Shown: positions 9,382-20,472 of the stretch, one piece after another
Layout: every line of letters begins with the position of its first letter
How positions within the stretch are numbered: the first letter of the stretch is position 1
From: an uncultured Methanomassiliicoccales archaeon
GTDB lineage: Archaea; Thermoplasmatota; Thermoplasmata; Methanomassiliicoccales; UBA472
DNA length: 64,000 nt
Assembly (NCBI GenBank): GCA_963710685.1
Contig: CAVQBH010000011.1
Span: forward strand, 11,258 to 75,257
Reading direction: 5' to 3'
Translations under genes and position numbers: made by a program
The notes under the pieces: model-generated
Database searches by the model: none
What the model was told of the DNA's origin: nothing
Seen by the model: the letters and a program-made list of their open reading frames with translations, nothing else

Positions 9382-12006
9382 ATGGCGGTGACCATGACGA
9401 AAATAGAGGTTCATGATGGGTCCCTGTTACGGGCCATCTATGAGAACAGCTTTGACGCAGTCCTTCTGATGCGTACGGACGGCGTCATCCTCTCCGCCAA
9501 CCCATCGGCGTGCCGGATGCTCGGGCTGCCGGAATTCGAGATCAAGAACGCCGGCATAGGTAAATTCGTTCTCCATTGGCCTCCGGTGACCTCGGACCCG
9601 CCGGAGAGGGCAGAGGCCAGGCTCACCTTCAGGAGAATGGATGGGGCGATCTTTTCGGCCGATACCGTTTCTACCCCATTCGTCGATGAGGATTCGATCG
9701 TGAACATATGTCTGGTCATCGGCCAGGCGCGAAACGTCAACGGGCAGGAAGGGCCGAGATGCGGCGACCGCGAACTGAAGCGCTTCTACCGGATACTTTC
9801 CAGCATGCCCTACGGGATCCTCCTGGTGACCAACGAGGACGTCGTGGAGTTCGTGAACCAGGCATTCTGCGACATGTTCGGCCTGACCGAGTCCCCGGCC
9901 GAGCTGGCGGGCACCACCGCCAAGAGGATGATCGGGAAGATCCGCTCATCCTACGCTGACCCGTCCGTCGCGGTGGCCAGGATCAAGGAGGTCATGAGCG
10001 CCGCCCAACCCGTTTCCGGTGAAGAGCTGGGCATGACCGCCGGCCGCACCATGCTCCGGGACTTCATCCCGATCAGGCTGGGTGGCAGCGAGTATGGCAG
10101 GCTGTGGATCCATGTTGACATCACCGAGATCAAATGGACCGAGGCGGCGTTGAAGAGGAGCCAGACGGGTCTGGCCGCGGCCCAGCGCATCGCTCACATG
10201 GGGAGCTGGGAATGGAACATCCAGACCGGTGAGCTGCGCTGGTCGGAGGAACTGTACCGCATATACGGGATCGATCCGAAGGCCGCGGCCCCCAGCATGG
10301 AGACGTTTGCCGGTTTCATCCATCCAGACGATCGCGGGCTGGTCAACTCCCAGATCGACCAGGTGATGACGAAAGGAGCTCCGGTGACGTTCGACTTCCG
10401 CATTGTAGCGACGGATGGATCGGTCCGCCATCTGAAGACCAACGGGGAGGTGCTGGAGTATGACCCGGGGGGCCGGCCGCTGGTGATGGTGGGTGTGAAC
10501 CAGGACATCACCGAGAGGTTGCTGGTCGAAAGCAGCGTCAAAGAGAGCCAGGCCAAATACCGCGATCTCTTTGAGACGGTTCAGGAGGTCTTCTACATCG
10601 ACAGGCTGCTCTACGATGACCAGGGCAGGGTGGTCGATTGGACCTTCGAGGACCTGAACCCGGCGGGACTGGAGCTGCTCGGCCTGGACGACAAGGGACA
10701 GGTGGTCGGGAGAAGGGGATCGGAAGTGCTGGGCGATGAGAGCGCGGCCTTCTATCTGCCCATGATCGAGGAGGCGCGGAGATCGGGCAAGGCGGTGACG
10801 TTCCAATACCAAAGCCCCCACGTCGACAGGGAGTTCCTCACCTCCTACGTCGTGCACGGCGATCGGCTCATCACGGCCCAGATGGACATCACCGGCATCA
10901 AGCGGGCGCAAAGGGCGGTGGAGCTGAGCGAGGCCAAGTATGGCGGCCTCTTCCAGGCGGTCCAGGAGGCGTTGTTCATCATGCACCTCGTTCGCGACGA
11001 CGGGGGCGATGTGGTGGACTGGGTGATCGAGGATGTCAATCCGGCCGGTCTCCGGTCGTTGGGGTTCGATTCGCTCAGCGACGTGAAGGGCAAGTTGGGG
11101 TCCGAGGTGATCGGGCCGGAGCGGGTGAAGTTCTTCCTGCCGAAGATAGAGAGCGCATTGCGCTCTGGCAAACCGGAGGTCTTCGAGTTCCGCAGCGACC
11201 GCCTGGACAGGGAGTTCATCAACTCGTCGGTGGTCATCGGGGACCGTTACATCTCCTCTCAGATCGACATCACCGAGATCAAGAGGGCGCAGCGTGAGGC
11301 GGAGGAGTACACCAAAAGCCTGCAGCGGTCGAACGAGGAGCTGCAGCAGTTCGCCTACGTCGCCTCCCACGACCTCCAGGAACCGCTGCGCATGGTCCTC
11401 AGCTATCTTTCTTTGCTGGAACGGAGATACAAGGGCCAGGTCGATGAACAGGCCCAGCGGTACATCGACTTCGCGGTGCAGGGAGGGATGAGGATGAGGG
11501 AGTTGATCGACGACCTTCTCGAGTATTCCAGGGTGGAGACAAAGGGCAAGAGCTTCGTCCCGGTCGACATGAACGAACTGGTCCTGAGAACCTTGTCCAT
11601 ACTGAAGGATGGGGTGGAAAAGAGCGGCGCGGAGATCATCGTTGACGATCTTCCGACCCTCCCGATCGACGAATCGCAGATGAGCCAGGTGCTACAGAAC
11701 CTGGTCAGCAACGCGCTCAAGTTCCGCGGTCCGGACAGGCCGGAGATCGTCATCTCGGCCACCGAGGGAAACGGGGAATGGACCTTCGCGGTCAGGGACA
11801 ACGGGATAGGTCTGGACATGGAACATTCCGACCGCATATTCCAAATGTTCCAGCGGCTGCACACCAAGGAGGTGTACCCGGGGACCGGGGTAGGGCTGGC
11901 CATCGCCAAGAAGATCGTCGAGAGGCACGGCGGGCGGATCTGGGTCGAGTCGAGGGAAGGGGAGGGGGCAACGTTCTTCTTCACCATACCGGTCAGGCAA
12001 GAATGA
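9382..12006 (+). CDS. multi-PAS sensor histidine kinase (soluble)
   Basis: About five PAS/PAC units, each ending in an (I/V)DITE/GIK motif (VDITEIKWTE, QDITERL, MDITGIKRAQ, IDITEIKRAQ). These are followed by HisKA (EELQQFAYVASHDLQEPLRMVLSYLSLLERR) and HATPase_c ([39 protein letters not shown]). Confidence 0.9.
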   Translation: MAVTMTKIEVHDGSLLRAIYENSFDAVLLMRTDGVILSANPSACRMLGLPEFEIKNAGIGKFVLHWPPVTSDPPERAEARLTFRRMDGAIFSADTVSTPFVDEDSIVNICLVIGQARNVNGQEGPRCGDRELKRFYRILSSMPYGILLVTNEDVVEFVNQAFCDMFGLTESPAELAGTTAKRMIGKIRSSYADPSVAVARIKEVMSAAQPVSGEELGMTAGRTMLRDFIPIRLGGSEYGRLWIHVDITEIKWTEAALKRSQTGLAAAQRIAHMGSWEWNIQTGELRWSEELYRIYGIDPKAAAPSMETFAGFIHPDDRGLVNSQIDQVMTKGAPVTFDFRIVATDGSVRHLKTNGEVLEYDPGGRPLVMVGVNQDITERLLVESSVKESQAKYRDLFETVQEVFYIDRLLYDDQGRVVDWTFEDLNPAGLELLGLDDKGQVVGRRGSEVLGDESAAFYLPMIEEARRSGKAVTFQYQSPHVDREFLTSYVVHGDRLITAQMDITGIKRAQRAVELSEAKYGGLFQAVQEALFIMHLVRDDGGDVVDWVIEDVNPAGLRSLGFDSLSDVKGKLGSEVIGPERVKFFLPKIESALRSGKPEVFEFRSDRLDREFINSSVVIGDRYISSQIDITEIKRAQREAEEYTKSLQRSNEELQQFAYVASHDLQEPLRMVLSYLSLLERRYKGQVDEQAQRYIDFAVQGGMRMRELIDDLLEYSRVETKGKSFVPVDMNELVLRTLSILKDGVEKSGAEIIVDDLPTLPIDESQMSQVLQNLVSNALKFRGPDRPEIVISATEGNGEWTFAVRDNGIGLDMEHSDRIFQMFQRLHTKEVYPGTGVGLAIAKKIVERHGGRIWVESREGEGATFFFTIPVRQE

Positions 12007-12305
12007 TCTGCATGCGGTCCGGCGCCCAATCACTGACGACATTGCCATGGCCGGCGGACCTGGCAATTCCATGACATGGGCAAAAGCTCCCGGCTGAAGC
12101 ATGCCGTTCGGACCTGTCCCCAGGAACTGGATGTTTCGGGGTTTGATATCCGAAAGGGTTCTTTTATTATCAGTTGACGGGTTTGATGGTCGAACGTTAG
12201 AGAAACGTCATTCTGGCTCGAATGCCCGGGAACTCGATCGAATAGACGTACGACGATGTTCAGAACTCACATTCCGCCGATAACATAGGTTGTCCAAACG
12301 GTAAC

Positions 12306-14879
12306 TTGGAAGGGTCCGACTTGAGGCTGCGAACAAAGACATCAGCGATAATAGTCATCTCAGTTGTCTGTCTGATAGCGCTCACTCAATTCACCCTCGA
12401 ATATTTCGTCCACAATGAGATTCAGAAGAACGAGGACCGGGAGACCCAGGACATGGTCACCCGGATCAAGGCCAACGTGGACAAAGAGCTGGAGACCATC
12501 AACCTGACCGGCTATAGCTGGGCCTGCTGGGACGACACCTACCGATACGTCCAGGACCAGAACGTTTCCTACATCTATCAGAATTTTGAACAGTCCTTCA
12601 TGGCCAATTATGACCTGAACATCTTCATCTTCCTGAACCTGACCGGCTACGACGTCCTGAACGTCGGATACAACACCTCGAGCCATTCGTTCGAAGATCT
12701 GGACCCCCACACCTTGTCGATGCTGGCCGGCGATCCCCTTCTTCAGGACCATTCAGATAAAAATTCTATGGCTGGAATAATGGCGCTTCCCCGCGGACCC
12801 TGCCTGATCTCCGCCTGGTCGATATTGCATTCGAACTCATCCGGCCCCAGCATGGGGACGGCCATCTTCGGCAGATACCTGGATGAGGGGAGGCAATCCA
12901 GCCTTTCGGTCGAGTACGACACCCCCGTCTCGATCGTTGACGTTGCCGATATCACCAGTTCATCCGATCAATATCAGGCGAAAATGTCCCTGCATAATGA
13001 ATCCGGGGTCTACACCGTCGACCAGAACGACAGAGTCTCCGTCTCATCCTTCCTCGTCAACGATATCGGTTCACAGCCGACCCTGCTCATCTCCACCACG
13101 CAGGACCGGGTGGCATACCAGCAGGGGACCAATTCCCTGACCATGATGTCGGCGGCAGTGGGCGTGATGGGCATCGTGATGATATTCATCAGCCTGTTCC
13201 TGGTCAACAGCGTGGTGATCTCCCGGATGACCAGGCTGGAGGACAATGTCCGGAAGATGGGGAAAGGGGGCGATCCCGGTCAGCGGCTGGCCGCCACCGG
13301 GAATGATGAGATATTCTCCCTCTCCCAGGAGATTAACACCATGGTCGAGTCCATCGAGAAAAGGAATCAGGACCTGCGGGAGAGCGAGGAGCGGTACAAG
13401 GCGATCATGGAACAATCGGTGGGCGCCATATTCATCGTGGACTCGGAGAGCTGGACCATCCAGCAGGTCAATTCGGCCTTTGTGAAGCTGTTCGGATATT
13501 CCGAGAACTGCATACCGCAGCTCCCGCTCTCCGCGCTCTCGCCGAAGGGCTCACCGGACCTCGAGAACATTCTGAAGCGCATATCGAGCGTGCACCCGGT
13601 GGTGGGGGCGGAACTGAGCATGAGGGACCAGGAGGGCAGGGAGCTGGAGATAGAGATGTCCGGGAGCTTGATCGAGCACGGCGGAGACCGGTCGCTCTGC
13701 ATCACCGCCTGGGACGTCACGGAGAGGCACCAGCTGGAACGGGACATGGCCAGGAACCAGAAGCTGGAGTCGCTGGGGGTGCTGGCGGGAGGCATCGCCC
13801 ACGATTTCAACAACATCCTCACCTCCATCGTCAGCAACATCGAGATCACGATGATCTCGCTGCCCGAGGAAGACAAACAGAAGCACCGGCTGGAGGAGTC
13901 GGTCCGTTCCGCGATGAGGGCGAAAGGCCTCACCCAGCAGCTGCTCACATTCTCCCCGGGCGGACAGCCGGTCAAGGAGACCGTGGACCTGGCGGGGCTC
14001 GTCCGTTCCAGCACCGAATTCGTGCTGGCCGGTTCCCCGGTGGTGGCGGTCTACGAGTTCGAGGACGGCCTTAGCCGGATAAACGCCGACCCGGCCCAGA
14101 TGGAGCAGGTGATCAACAATCTGATCATCAATTCCGTGCAGGCGATGCCCGGCGGGGGTCGGATCACGATCAGGGCCACGAACCTAAGGTCGGGTCCGCA
14201 GACCAGGTTACCGCTGGGGGAAGGGAATCACGTCCAGATCGATATCATGGACGAGGGGGTGGGCATACCGCAAGAGCATCTTGACCGGATATTCGATCCG
14301 TTCTACACCACCAAGGAGAACGGCACCGGTCTGGGCCTCTCCACCGTCAGGTCCATCGTCCGGAACCACGGAGGAACGGTCCAGGTCGATTCGGTCCTGG
14401 GAAAGGGTACCACGATCACGCTGGTCCTTCCCGCCGAGACGAGTACGGGACCGGTCCCCGCTCCCGCCGCCCCGCAGAATGGGCAAGGCAGGCGCGGACG
14501 GATACTGGTCATGGACGATGAGGAATCGATCCTGGAGGTTCTGCAGATCATGCTGGAGGATTTCGGCCATTCGGTCACCTGCGTCAACACCGGCGAGAAG
14601 GCCATCGCCGCCTACCGTGAGGGCATCTCCTCCGGACATCCGTTCGACCTGGTCATCATGGACCTCACGATCAAGGGCGGAATGGGAGGCAAGGAAACGA
14701 TCGTGGAGATACTGGCGATCGATCCGGAGGCGCGGGTGATAGTTTCCAGCGGCTACTCGAACGATCCGATCATGGCCCATCCGAAGGAGTATGGTTTCAA
14801 GGACGTGCTGATGAAACCGTTCACGATCCAGGAGCTGTCGGCGAAGGTATCGTCGGTCATGGGCCGGAAAAATGAGTGA
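12306..14879 (+). CDS. hybrid sensor histidine kinase: TM + CHASE4-like periplasmic domain + TM/HAMP + PAS + HisKA + HATPase_c + REC
   Basis: TTG start. An N-terminal TM is followed by YSWACWDDTYRYVQDQN...NIFIFLNLTGYDVL (CHASE4-like) and a second TM (MMSAAVGVMGIVMIFISLFLV). Then come a PAS domain, the H-box LESLGVLAGGIAHDFNNILT, the HATPase motif DEGVGIP...GTGLGLSTVRSIVRNHGG, and a C-terminal receiver (RILVMDDEESIL...DLVIMDLTIKGGMGG). Confidence 0.9.
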   Translation: MEGSDLRLRTKTSAIIVISVVCLIALTQFTLEYFVHNEIQKNEDRETQDMVTRIKANVDKELETINLTGYSWACWDDTYRYVQDQNVSYIYQNFEQSFMANYDLNIFIFLNLTGYDVLNVGYNTSSHSFEDLDPHTLSMLAGDPLLQDHSDKNSMAGIMALPRGPCLISAWSILHSNSSGPSMGTAIFGRYLDEGRQSSLSVEYDTPVSIVDVADITSSSDQYQAKMSLHNESGVYTVDQNDRVSVSSFLVNDIGSQPTLLISTTQDRVAYQQGTNSLTMMSAAVGVMGIVMIFISLFLVNSVVISRMTRLEDNVRKMGKGGDPGQRLAATGNDEIFSLSQEINTMVESIEKRNQDLRESEERYKAIMEQSVGAIFIVDSESWTIQQVNSAFVKLFGYSENCIPQLPLSALSPKGSPDLENILKRISSVHPVVGAELSMRDQEGRELEIEMSGSLIEHGGDRSLCITAWDVTERHQLERDMARNQKLESLGVLAGGIAHDFNNILTSIVSNIEITMISLPEEDKQKHRLEESVRSAMRAKGLTQQLLTFSPGGQPVKETVDLAGLVRSSTEFVLAGSPVVAVYEFEDGLSRINADPAQMEQVINNLIINSVQAMPGGGRITIRATNLRSGPQTRLPLGEGNHVQIDIMDEGVGIPQEHLDRIFDPFYTTKENGTGLGLSTVRSIVRNHGGTVQVDSVLGKGTTITLVLPAETSTGPVPAPAAPQNGQGRRGRILVMDDEESILEVLQIMLEDFGHSVTCVNTGEKAIAAYREGISSGHPFDLVIMDLTIKGGMGGKETIVEILAIDPEARVIVSSGYSNDPIMAHPKEYGFKDVLMKPFTIQELSAKVSSVMGRKNE

Positions 14880-14943
14880 TCCGGTTCGGTTTCGGACCGG
14901 GATGGGTCCTAGGACCTAAACTTTCGCGAACAGCAGGAAGCGA

Positions 14944-17863
14944 TCAGTCCTGGTCGAACCGGAACCTGCCCTCGGGCACTTCCATCTCGAACCTGACACC
15001 GCGGCCGGGTTCTCCCGTCTCCCTGATCTCGATGTCGGTTATGGACAATATTTCCAAAGAAAGGTGCAGGCCGAGACCGGTGCCCTTCCCGAACCCCATC
15101 TCGAAGATCTTCTGCTTCTCCTCCACCGGTATGCCCGGTCCGCGGTCCTCGTAGATCAGCACCAGCGATCGGCCTTTCATCTGGAGCCAGATCTTTGCGC
15201 TGATGGGTTTGTCGGCGTACTTGACCGTGTCCTCCATGATGTTGTGGAAGACCTTGCCCAGCATCGGGTCGGCGTACACCTGCAGGCGCTCCAGCCTGCC
15301 GTCCACCTCCAGTTCCGGGATCTCCCTGACGTCGGGCAGTCCCTGGACCAGCTGGGCGATGTTCTGCCACTGGGGCGAGGCGGTCCCCATCTCCTGGTAG
15401 TCCTTGGCGAACTGGAGCTGGGAATTGATGATGTCGGCGGAACGTTCGATCCTGTGCAATCGCTCCGCCATGGCGGGGTCGCCGTCGACCGATTTGGCCA
15501 GCTCCAGGTTGCCCTGCAGGACCATGAGCTGGTTCATTATGTCGTGCCGGGTGATGCTGTTCAGTATCTTCAGTTTCTCGTTCGCCCGTTCCAGCTTCGA
15601 TTCCGCGTTCTTGCGCTCGGTGATGTCCCTGCAGACGGCCAGTATCGCCGGTTTGCCATTGTAGTCGATCACGATGGCATTTATTTCCGAGGGGATCTTC
15701 CTCCCGTCCTTCGTGACGTTTGTGGACTCGAAGATGGCCGATCCATTCTCCACCAATCGTTTGGTCTTCTCCGGTATGGCATGGGTCGTCTCGGGAACAT
15801 CGATGTCCTCCGGCCTCAATCTTGAGCATCTCTTCCCGTGAATAGCCATACCGTTCACAGGCCAGATCGTTCACCTCGAAGAACGGCCCGCCCGGCTCAT
15901 GGATCATCACCGCATCGTGCATGTTGTTGAAGATCTCACGGAACTTCCGCTCGCTCTCCCTCAGCATCTCGGCGTCCCGGCGCTGTTCCGAGATGTCCAC
16001 CACGGAGGCGATGGTCCCGCCGTACTCGCCATGGTCAAAGAGAGGCACTGCGGTGACCTGGACCCATACCGGGCTCCCATCCCCACGCAGGAAACGGTAC
16101 TCCTCCACCCCTTTCCCTCCCTTGGTTCGGAGGGTCATGTTCCTCAGCACCAATGCCTTGTGCTCATCGGCCACCAGGTCGATCGGTGAATATCCGATGA
16201 TCTGCTCCGGCCTGCGGCGCAGCAGACCCTGCACGGTCTGATTGGCGTAGATCAGCTTGCCAGTGACATCGGTGACCAATATGCCTACGGCCAGGCTGTT
16301 CAGGATGCGGTTATGCCGGAGCTCCGATTCCCCCACCAGGCGCTTGGTCCGTTCCATCTCGGAGATGTCGTGCACCATGGAGAACAGCAGGGAACGGCCC
16401 TCGAACTCGATGGGGCCGCTGAAGACCTCCACGTCCCTCAGCTCTCCGGAGGCCAGGCGATGCTGGAAGATGAAGTACTGTTTCTTCTCCGAATAGGCGG
16501 AATGCATTTTTTCTGCCACCGCCTTGGGGTCCATGGTGTTGATGTCCGAGATCCTCATTGCCAGCAAACGTTCGCTCCCGTAACCGTAGAATTCGATGGC
16601 GGACTTGTTCGCGTAGACGATGTCCCCGGTCCTGGGGTCCACTATCAACATGTTGGCCTTGTTGTTGTCCAGCAATCCGAGGATGTTCTCCTCCCGGAGC
16701 CTGAACTCCTTCTCCCGCAGGGACTGGAAGGTGACGTCCAGGAAGCTCCAGAACCTTCCCTCCACCTCCGTTCCCAGCATGACCGGTTTCGTGCAGGCGT
16801 CGAATTTCCGGCCATCGGTGAACTCGATGGTCCACCTCTTCTCGTCCAGAGGATGGGAGTAAATGTCGTCAATGAACGACATGAAAACGTCCGGCGCCGC
16901 AACCTGTTCCCGGACATGGGTCAGCAGCGAGCCTTCGGCATCGGCCGACATCACACCTGCCGGGATCCCCCACATCTCCAGGAACCTCTGATTGTACTCG
17001 GTCACCCGCTGGTCCGGGTCAGTGACCAGTATGCCCTCCTCGCTGGAATCGAAGGCGGCCTGGATCAATGAGATCGAACGTTGCAGCTTCGCCTCGTTCC
17101 GCTTGGCGTCGGTCACGTCGGTGCCGAAAAGAAGAACCTCTTCGACGACCTCCCTTTCGTCCCGTATGAACCGGCAGGTCCAGGCCACCCAGCGTTTCTC
17201 GCCTTCCCTGGTGCGGAACGAATGGGTGAACGTCTCCCCCTTTTCCCGCTGGGCGAACATGGCCTGGAAGATATGCCGGGGATGCTCGTCCCGGCCGACG
17301 CGGGCCTTGTCCAGCCACTCCACGAAGCTGGTGCCGACCAGGTCGTTTCCCCAGCCCATCTGCTTCATTCCGTACGGGTTCACGTAGATGACCCGCATCT
17401 CCGGGTCGAGCTTCACGGCGATGGCGTTCACATCCTCCACCAGATCGCGGTACCTGCGCTGGGTGATGGCCAGCGACCTTTCCGTCAGGTGGCTCTTGGC
17501 CAACTGGAGGATGGCCTTCTGCAGCTGTCCGTACTGTACCGACGGGTCGCCTCCCTTCTGCAGGTAGAAATCGGCCCCGCAGTTCAACGCCTCGATCGCC
17601 ACCTCCTCCCGGCCCCGGCCGGTGAATAGAATGAACGGAACGTATCGGGATCGGGAACGGAGCTTCTTCAGGAAGTCGATGCCGCTGGTTCCGGGCATCT
17701 GATAGTCGGAAACGATGACCTCGTATTCCACCCGGGCCATGGCCGCCTCCGCCTCATGGACGGAAAGCGCAGTATCCATCGTTATCTGTCCCGGAACCTG
17801 GATGAATTCCCGGCAGATATCAAGGAGCGACGGTTCGTCGTCGACGTACAGGACCTTGATCAA
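14944..17863 (-). pseudogene. REC + multi-PAS + histidine kinase (RHDIxN H-box type), one frame break
   Basis: ORF 14909..17863 is credible from MIKVLYVDDEPSLLDICREF (REC) through four PAS units up to ...ERYGYSREEMLK, then becomes off-frame. ORF 14944..15858 resumes with RPEDIDVPETTHAIPEKTKRL...CRDITERKNAE, the H-box ILNSITRHDIMNQL, and the HATPase motif EDRGPGIP...GTGLGLHLS. The junction lies at about 15812-15826. Arithmetic: 2920 nt - 1 = 2919 = 973 codons. Confidence 0.85.
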
Positions 17864-18056
17864 AATGGAACCTACCTATGTGGTTTTCAACACATTCATG
17901 ATATTTAATCTACCCTTTCTGAATCTCAATCAGCCAGTGCGTGACAGGAAGGGACCGCAGTGACTGGCCGTTCCTGGTTTCAGAAATCGCGGGAGCAGGG
18001 AGGCATGGATAATTACAAATCAGCGGGGCTGGAATTACGACCCACGTTGTGATCGG

Positions 18057-19634
18057 ATGCCGTTTCAGAACCTCAATACCTATGTCCGCCTGGCCAAGGA
18101 GAACAGGCAGGAAGAGTTCCATGCGAAATTCGAGAAGGCAGTGGCGGCGATGTGCGCCTCGGCCAGGGAGACGGTGATCCCCTATCCCATCCTCATCAAC
18201 GGGGAGGCCATCCCGGCCAGGCAGCTCTTCGACAACCCCAGTCCGATCGATGCGAGCCTCATCATGGGGCGATTCCCGAAGTGCACCAAGGCGGACGTGG
18301 AACGGGCGGTGGGGGCCGCCGAGAACGCCTTCGAGAAGTGGTCGCTGACCCCGTACCAGAAAAGGGCGGAGGTCTTCCACAGGGCGGCAGAGCTCATGGC
18401 CCAGGAGGTCTACCGGTTCGCTGCGGCGTTGACCCTCGACAACGGGAAGAACCGGGACGAGGCCATCGGGGAGGTGGATGAGGCGGTCGATTTCCTCGAG
18501 TTCTATGCCCAGACCGTGCTGGAGAGCGAGGGCTTCCGGGAAAGGAAGAACCCGCCGTACGATGACGAGGACCCGGTCAGCGTCATGCTGCCGTTCGGGG
18601 TGTTCGCCGTCGTCTGCCCGTTCAACTTCCCCCTGTCGATCAGCGTGGGGATGACCACAGGGGCGATCATCACCGGCAACACCGCGGTCGTCAAACCCGC
18701 CTCCGTGGCGCCGCTGGCGGTCTACCTGTTCTACGATCTGCTGGTCAGGGCCGGCCTGCCGGCGGGCGTGATGAACGTGGTGACCGGTTCCGGGGCCGAG
18801 GTCGGCGATCAACTGGTCCATCATCCCAAGGTCGCCGGGATCGCCTTCACCGGCTCCAAGGAGGTCGGGTTCAAGCTGCTCCGCACCAACCCACGGACCT
18901 GGTCCATTCCCATCATCGCCGAGATGGGCGGCAAGAACGCCTGCATCGTCACCGCGAGCGCTGACCTGGACAGTGCGGCGGAGGGCGCCGCCAACTCCGC
19001 CTTCGGCTTCTCCGGACAGAAATGCTCGGCCTGCTCCCGGGTCTATGTCCAGGAGGAGGTGTTCGATGCCTTCGTCGGCAAATTGGTCTCCCGCACCAAG
19101 GACCTGAAGGTCTGCGACCCCCGCCTGAGGGAGTGCAGCCTGGGCCCGGTCATCCACGGCAAAGCGGTCACCGATTACGAGAAGTACGTCTCACTGGCGA
19201 AGAAGGACGGCCAGGTCCGGTGCGGGGGAAGCGTGCTGAGGCCGGAGGGAAAACGGGGCAACTATGTCGAACCGACGGTGGTCACCGGACTGCCCGATGA
19301 CCATTTCCTGGTCCGGAACGAGCTGTTCGTGCCCGTCCTGGTGGTGCAGATGTTCAAGGACCTGCCGGAGGCCATCGGGAAGGCGAACAGCGTCGAGTAC
19401 GGATTGACGTCCGGCATCTTCTCGAAGGACAAGGGGGAGATCGATTACTTCTTCGACCACATCCAGGCCGGCGTGGCCTATGCCAACCGTTCCAGGGGCG
19501 CCACCACCGGGGCCATGGTGGGCGGGCAGCCGTTCGGCGGCTGGAAGGCGTCCAGCTCGACCGGGAAAGGGTCCGGGACGAAGGAGTACCTGCTCCAGAT
19601 GGTGCGGCAGCAGGCCCGGACGACGATGCGTTAG
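18057..19634 (+). CDS. pruA: aldehyde dehydrogenase family, L-glutamate gamma-semialdehyde (1-pyrroline-5-carboxylate) dehydrogenase-like
   Basis: 525 aa with the ALDH catalytic motifs EMGGKNACIV (Glu) and FGFSGQKCSACSRVYV (Cys). The N-terminal layout (YPILINGE...NPSPID...AENAFEKW) is typical of RocA/PruA-type P5CDH. Substrate assignment comes from family resemblance only. Confidence 0.7.
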   Translation: MPFQNLNTYVRLAKENRQEEFHAKFEKAVAAMCASARETVIPYPILINGEAIPARQLFDNPSPIDASLIMGRFPKCTKADVERAVGAAENAFEKWSLTPYQKRAEVFHRAAELMAQEVYRFAAALTLDNGKNRDEAIGEVDEAVDFLEFYAQTVLESEGFRERKNPPYDDEDPVSVMLPFGVFAVVCPFNFPLSISVGMTTGAIITGNTAVVKPASVAPLAVYLFYDLLVRAGLPAGVMNVVTGSGAEVGDQLVHHPKVAGIAFTGSKEVGFKLLRTNPRTWSIPIIAEMGGKNACIVTASADLDSAAEGAANSAFGFSGQKCSACSRVYVQEEVFDAFVGKLVSRTKDLKVCDPRLRECSLGPVIHGKAVTDYEKYVSLAKKDGQVRCGGSVLRPEGKRGNYVEPTVVTGLPDDHFLVRNELFVPVLVVQMFKDLPEAIGKANSVEYGLTSGIFSKDKGEIDYFFDHIQAGVAYANRSRGATTGAMVGGQPFGGWKASSSTGKGSGTKEYLLQMVRQQARTTMR

Positions 19635-19642
19635 ATAGCGTC

Positions 19643-19675
19643 CCTGGAATCAGATTCCAGGATCCACTTTTATCT
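19643..19675 (+). terminator. hairpin plus T-rich tract after pruA
   Basis: A 9-nt inverted repeat (cctggaatc a gattccagg) sits at 19643-19661, about 9 nt after the TAG stop. It is followed by ccacttttatcttt. Confidence 0.45.
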
Positions 19676-19802
19676 TTGGTAGGTTGCTGATTCTAAGCCC
19701 GACCGGGACACATGGGCCGATGATGGTTCCCGCCAACGTTGCGAATGAAATGTCGAAAGCAGCAACAAGGTAGTAAATACAGAGGTCGATGATTGATCGG
19801 GC

Positions 19803-20285
19803 ATGGCCATATTTCGAACCGGGGACGAGCTCGTCATGTCCCTGAAGCGAGCTTTACAGATCGAGGAAGGGTTTGAATCCATAGCTCAATGGGAGGCTTA
19901 CGTGACCACCCAGGATGATAATTTTCGGAGAATGATGTTCCAATTGCTTTCAGATTCGGAAAGACACAAGGGTTTGGTAGAACAGATGATTTCCCGGGCC
20001 CATGTATCGGATCCGAGACAGGCCACACCGCTTTCGCCTCGGGTCATTGATTTTTCAGGAAAGGAGGACCAAGAGGTGATGGACGAATTGTTCAAAACAG
20101 AGAATCTTATGCTTAACACCTATCTGCTCATCAAAGAGGCGTTGACGGGGGGAGACATAGGACAGCTGATCGATCCAGCGGACGAGGGATTTTTCTCGGA
20201 GACCCTTAACAACCTGATCAGGGAAGAGGGCATACACGCATCATTGGTCTCCTCAAAGCGAGGCAAGATGGTCCGGATCCATTAG
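19803..20285 (+). CDS. ferritin-like / four-helix-bundle hypothetical protein
   Basis: 160-aa helical ORF containing SDSERHKGLVEQM and NLIREEGIHASL segments that resemble rubrerythrin/ferritin-like E..H metal ligands. No firm family call. Confidence 0.45.
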   Translation: MAIFRTGDELVMSLKRALQIEEGFESIAQWEAYVTTQDDNFRRMMFQLLSDSERHKGLVEQMISRAHVSDPRQATPLSPRVIDFSGKEDQEVMDELFKTENLMLNTYLLIKEALTGGDIGQLIDPADEGFFSETLNNLIREEGIHASLVSSKRGKMVRIH

Positions 20286-20472
20286 CTTGCCGATCTGAGG
20301 GCGAACCGTTCAAACATTTCAAGATGACGCTCATCGACTTATCGAGGAAATAGAAACCTCAGCTTATCGTAGCGAAATGGTTCCCAAAAAGGCCTGATGT
20401 AAAGTGATCATCTCGCTTTGATGATCTAACGAGACGGTCTACCATCAGTTCCTGGGGAAGCAGATAGCTCAA

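Noticed and set aside
9946-11370. 474-aa ORF on the minus strand
   Set aside because: It is antisense to the multi-PAS histidine kinase and consists of low-complexity R/L/D/P/H-rich text with no motifs.
17910-19157. 415-aa ORF on the minus strand
   Set aside because: It is fully antisense to the motif-rich aldehyde dehydrogenase gene. Its R/G/D/P/H-dominated composition is typical of a shadow ORF in GC-rich DNA.
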